Origin: an uncultured virus (IMG/VR IMGVR_UViG_3300005613_000039)
Lineage: Duplodnaviria > Heunggongvirae > Uroviricota > Caudoviricetes
Strand: one strand, 5' to 3'
IMG/VR virus record: IMGVR_UViG_3300005613_000039
Length of the DNA stretch: 20,000 bases
Every line of letters starts with the position of its first letter. Position 1 is the first letter of the stretch. This document shows positions 16,525 through 20,000 of this stretch, piece after piece. Made by a program: the position numbers and the translations under genes. A model generated the notes under the pieces. That model ran no database searches. It saw only the letters and a list, made by a program, of their open reading frames with translations, and was not told the origin of the DNA.

Positions 16525-16948
16525 AATTTGTTCAATATACAAACAAGAGAAAGAATTATTTGAGTTTTCTTTTCGTAAAGATTGTCAAAGATATCGCAAT
16601 TCTTGTAAAAAGTGTCGTAATTTACAGCAGAAAAAATATGTTAAAAATAATAAAAATTTGATATATTTCAAACGACGAGAATTTTATAACAGATATTCTT
16701 GGATGCGATCATATTATGCTCTTAGACATCGATGCAATAACCCAAATGCCTCGGATTATAAATATTACGGAGGACGGGGGATTAAATGTTTCATAACAAA
16801 AGAAGAAATCAAGCAATTATGGTTTCGTGACGAAGCATATAAAATGAAGAGCCCAAGTATTGACAGAATTGATAATAATGGACATTATGAATATAGTAAT
16901 TGTAGATTTATAGAATTAAGTGAAAATATTTCAAAAAAATGGAATTAA
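16514..16948 (+). CDS. HNH-like homing endonuclease (YGGRGI family)
   Basis: RC.NPN..DY.YYGGRGIK, SIDRIDNNGHYE.SNCRF; degenerate N-terminal Zn finger (CSIY...CKKC). Confidence 0.85.
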   Translation: MKTKICSIYKQEKELFEFSFRKDCQRYRNSCKKCRNLQQKKYVKNNKNLIYFKRREFYNRYSWMRSYYALRHRCNNPNASDYKYYGGRGIKCFITKEEIKQLWFRDEAYKMKSPSIDRIDNNGHYEYSNCRFIELSENISKKWN

Positions 16949-17022
16949 AAAATGAATTAATTCGTCGTCGAGTTCACTAAATTACTTTTTGTATCTTCTT
17001 TTATATCAACACTTTATATAGC

Positions 17023-17052
17023 TTGACAAACTCTATTTTCATATGTTATACT
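17023..17052 (+). promoter_or_regulatory. Sigma70-like promoter TTGACA-N18-TATACT with extended TG
   Basis: Same architecture as the promoter at 14347-14376. Confidence 0.8.
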
Positions 17053-17058
17053 TATAAG

Positions 17059-17411
17059 AGAGAGTATAAATGGAGAAAGTGTTTTTTCTATTTATCTAAC
17101 TTCTTTATTTTCAATTAGTTACGAGAAAATTACTCTTTTTTTGATTCTTATTAAGTTTGAAAAAAGTTATAAAACCGTTTGAAGTAGCACTTCAATAAAA
17201 ATAATAAAGCTTTGTGTTTACGGTCACTTATAAAGGTCGAGGCCAAATTCGACTTCGACCACCACATTTCTTTGATAGAAGCCAAATGCTTCTATCCCAA
17301 TGATTTGCAAATCACAACAAAATAATTACGAATGGTATAACTCTGTCTATTTTGATGAATATAGAGAAATGAGATAAAACTGTATCTACTCTTTTACGAG
17401 TAGATTTTTTT
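17059..17411 (+). ncRNA. Candidate structured non-coding RNA or long 5' leader
   Basis: Bounded by a consensus promoter and an intrinsic terminator; no substantial ORF; at least four hairpins/palindromes in 17179-17314. Confidence 0.5.
17384..17411 (+). terminator. Intrinsic terminator
   Basis: ATCTACTC-ttttac-GAGTAGAT followed by TTTTTT. Confidence 0.75.
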
Positions 17412-17427
17412 ATGTAAAGGTTTGGTA

Positions 17428-18255
17428 ATGAACGACTTGCAAAAAGAAATAAGACGTTTAAGTAATCTCAAACAAAATCGAAAAAAAGATCAAATTACTA
17501 TTGAGCAGATGGCTCAAAAAAATCTTTGGTTAAAACAAACTAATATTTCTGAGCGATTCACAGATTTAAAAGATCAGAAATTGGCCGAAAAAATATTCGA
17601 GAATTATTTAAGCAATTATACTTTTGAGTCGTATACTGATGTTCAAAATGTAGCTGATTTGGTTTTCGAGGAAATTACCAAATTAAAAATTCAGCAACAA
17701 ATCTCAGGAATTAATGCCGATAAAAATACAAAATTCGTTCCAGATAGATTAATCGACTCTTTACATAAAATTGAAGATAAAATTTATGTATTGAAAGAAA
17801 AGGCAGGAATTGTAGGCACAAAAGAGCAAGATGATCTAACTGCTTACGAGGCGGCAGAAAAAAAATTTAAGACTTATATAGCTTTTAATCGCAACGAATT
17901 CACTTTTTGGGCTCCCATAGTTTGCGAAGACTGTGGAAGCAAAAAAGTTAAGCCGGTTTTGATTCGACGAAGATGTAATAAAGAGAATTTTGAGATTTTA
18001 AAGCATCCATTCTTTTCTGGACGATTTTATTATAATCGAAGAGGCATTGAATTAGTAAAGTCTGAAATTTGGACAAAAGAACAATATGCTTGGGTTTTTC
18101 AAACTTCAGTTAAATATGTAAATTGGTGCATTGAAAATGAAAATAAGATTGTTGAAATTGATGATGTGGAAGAGAAAGAAATTCAAGATTTTATAAATAA
18201 CTGTGAATATCTAAAATCAGAAAAAATACCAGATAAAATTTTAAAAGATAAATAA
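17428..18255 (+). CDS. Hypothetical protein (275 aa), first gene of the putative structural block
   Basis: Long ORF; AAAGG SD before the ATG at 17428; one CxxC; no function recognised. Confidence 0.85.
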   Translation: MNDLQKEIRRLSNLKQNRKKDQITIEQMAQKNLWLKQTNISERFTDLKDQKLAEKIFENYLSNYTFESYTDVQNVADLVFEEITKLKIQQQISGINADKNTKFVPDRLIDSLHKIEDKIYVLKEKAGIVGTKEQDDLTAYEAAEKKFKTYIAFNRNEFTFWAPIVCEDCGSKKVKPVLIRRRCNKENFEILKHPFFSGRFYYNRRGIELVKSEIWTKEQYAWVFQTSVKYVNWCIENENKIVEIDDVEEKEIQDFINNCEYLKSEKIPDKILKDK

Positions 18256-18269
18256 AAAGGATTTAAATT

Positions 18270-19334
18270 ATGGCCTCATATAAAGCTATTATGAATCCCT
18301 TTACGGGAAATTTAACACTGATACGTGCCGATTCAGCTTTTCATTTAAAGGATTCTGTAGCAACTTATAATGATTTGCCGATCTCAGGAAACACAGAAAA
18401 TGATGTTCGAATCACTCAAGATACCGATAAAATGTATACTTGGGGTATCGCATCAGCGACTGGTTCTTTATCAGATTGGAAAGAAATTGGTTCAGCGACT
18501 TCTGTTGATTGGTCAAATGTACAAAATCGTCCATCTTCATCTGTAAGCGATATAGATGATGCCGTTTCTAAAAGGCATACACAAGATACCGACACAAAAT
18601 TAGACGAGGGCGGGGCTAACGAAGTAGTCGTTGCAGATATCAAGGATGCTGTTGACAAAAAACATGAACACAGTAATAAAGCTCAATTAGACTTAGTGAC
18701 TGATGGTGATCATGATGTTAGAACTGATAATCCTCATACTGTTACTAAGGCACAAGTTGGATTAACTAATGTCACAGACGATGCTCAAGTTAAAAAAGCT
18801 TCTAGTTCTACAGATGATTATTTACCTAAATGGGTAGGAACATCTGGAGACGAATTAGAAGATAGTTCTGTTAGCGAAACAGATGCGGCAGATGCAGTAT
18901 CTAAAAAGCATACTCAAAATACAGATGACACTTTAGTTTTAGATGAAACTCCTGATTCAGATCATACTGCTCATGGAATTAAATGCAACTTTACTGCTGG
19001 CGAAAATGTTGTTTTTGGAAATGTTTGTTATGTTAAAAGTGACGGAAAAATGTGGAAAGCTGACGCAGACGCCGAGGCTACATCTTATTGCGTAGCTATT
19101 GCTTTAGCTACAATCAATGCAGATGCGAGTGGAAGTTTTCTTTTAATTGGTATCGCAAGAGATGATACGTGGAACTGGACGGTTGGTTCTCCCATTTACT
19201 TATCAACTACAGCAGGAGAATTAACTCAAACAGCACCATCTGGCAGTGGTGATATTGTTCAAATTTTAGGCATCGCTACTCATGCAGACAGAATGTATTT
19301 TAATCCAAGCTTAACACAAGTTGAGATACTTTAA
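18270..19334 (+). CDS. Putative virion/tail-fibre-like structural protein
   Basis: D/T/S/G-rich; NPHTVTKAQVGLTNV tail-fibre motif; internal DAV(S/D)K(K/R)H repeats; C-terminal beta-rich domain (KADAD...GIA...W.WT.G.PIYLS...G.LTQTAP...VQILG.A). Confidence 0.7.
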   Translation: MASYKAIMNPFTGNLTLIRADSAFHLKDSVATYNDLPISGNTENDVRITQDTDKMYTWGIASATGSLSDWKEIGSATSVDWSNVQNRPSSSVSDIDDAVSKRHTQDTDTKLDEGGANEVVVADIKDAVDKKHEHSNKAQLDLVTDGDHDVRTDNPHTVTKAQVGLTNVTDDAQVKKASSSTDDYLPKWVGTSGDELEDSSVSETDAADAVSKKHTQNTDDTLVLDETPDSDHTAHGIKCNFTAGENVVFGNVCYVKSDGKMWKADADAEATSYCVAIALATINADASGSFLLIGIARDDTWNWTVGSPIYLSTTAGELTQTAPSGSGDIVQILGIATHADRMYFNPSLTQVEIL

Positions 19335-19336
19335 TT

Positions 19337-20000
19337 ATGGCTATTAAGAAATTTTTAAATCAAAATTTAAGTCCAGAACTTAAATTATTATTACATTTTG
19401 ACGGCAATGACGGAGATACTTCAACGACTGATTCCTCACCAAGTCAGCATTCTATCACATTTAACGGAGATGCTCAATTAGACACTGCCAATAAGAAATG
19501 GGGCACAGCTTCTTTATTGTTAGATGGGGCGGGCGATTCTATACAAATGGCATCTTCCGCCGACTGGAATGTTTTTTCTGATAATACAGAAAATTGGACT
19601 ATTGACTTTCAATTGAAATTAATTGGGTCAGGATTACAATATTTCATTACTCAACGAGAAGATTCTAATAATAGATGGTACATCTTTTATTATGATTCTG
19701 GAGCAAATACTGGTATAAAATTTGTTGTTAAATCGGGAGGAACAAATATCATAGAATCTGCTTATAGCGGAGCTGCCATTAATTCTGATTGGCATCACAT
19801 AGCATTTTGTAAAGTAGGCAGTTTATATGGAGTCTATTTTGACGGAACACAGATTTTATATGTAAGCGATTCTTCATCAGATACTTTAATAAATGCTCCA
19901 CTATATGTTGGAGAACAAGGCGATTCTAATTGGTTTTTAAATGGTCAAATCGACGAACTAAGAATTATCAATTCGAATGCCTTTAATGCGTCTCCCAATT
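19337..20000 (+). CDS. LamG/concanavalin-A-like domain virion protein (runs off the window edge)
   Basis: Not in the ORF track. Manual translation MAIKKFLNQNLSPELKLLLHFDG...GDAQLDTA.KKWGTASLLLDG.GD...WTIDF...WHHIAF...YFDG...LYVG....LNGQIDELRI. Confidence 0.88.
   Translation, partial: MAIKKFLNQNLSPELKLLLHFDGNDGDTSTTDSSPSQHSITFNGDAQLDTANKKWGTASLLLDGAGDSIQMASSADWNVFSDNTENWTIDFQLKLIGSGLQYFITQREDSNNRWYIFYYDSGANTGIKFVVKSGGTNIIESAYSGAAINSDWHHIAFCKVGSLYGVYFDGTQILYVSDSSSDTLINAPLYVGEQGDSNWFLNGQIDELRIINSNAFNASPN

Noticed and set aside
17235..17264. Canonical tRNA or tmRNA gene
   Set aside because: Only a 30-nt hairpin plus ACCA; no D arm, anticodon arm or tag reading frame. Kept as a tRNA-like finding only.
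17428..18255. Terminase small subunit call
   Set aside because: Suggested only by position; no recognisable motif and no large terminase follows.
2536..18658. Short track ORFs 2536-2730, 3535-3717, 7259-7456, 8050-8259, 10740-10973, 12602-12802, 16357-16542, 18416-18658
   Set aside because: They overlap better-supported genes on the opposite strand or in another frame, and lack SDs or motifs.

Overview
AT-rich bacteriophage (or phage-like element) segment with two divergent gene blocks separated by a ~1 kb non-coding AT-rich region (~13385-14417). The left block (minus strand) starts with many small, often acidic hypothetical genes behind repeated sigma70-like promoters. It continues through a DUF932 protein, a SleB-like hydrolase and a DUF6745-like protein with 29 four-residue repeats plus its small partner. 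It ends in a nucleic-acid repair/recombination cluster: pyrimidine-dimer glycosylase-like protein, RuvB-like ATPase, stand-alone ligase-Ia-like domain, tyrosine recombinase, RtcB and a winged-helix protein. The right block (plus strand) has small ORFs, a metallophosphoesterase, an HNH-like nuclease, a ~350-nt promoter-to-terminator structured non-coding segment, and the start of virion/tail-type genes (LamG-like). The most interesting observations are a candidate ncRNA with paralogous covarying hairpins that end in CCA, a recurrent 25-bp IHF-like motif, a RuvB lacking its RuvA-binding hairpin, the solo ligase-Ia domain and the DUF6745/partner module. All family calls come from motif recognition by eye; no searches were run.
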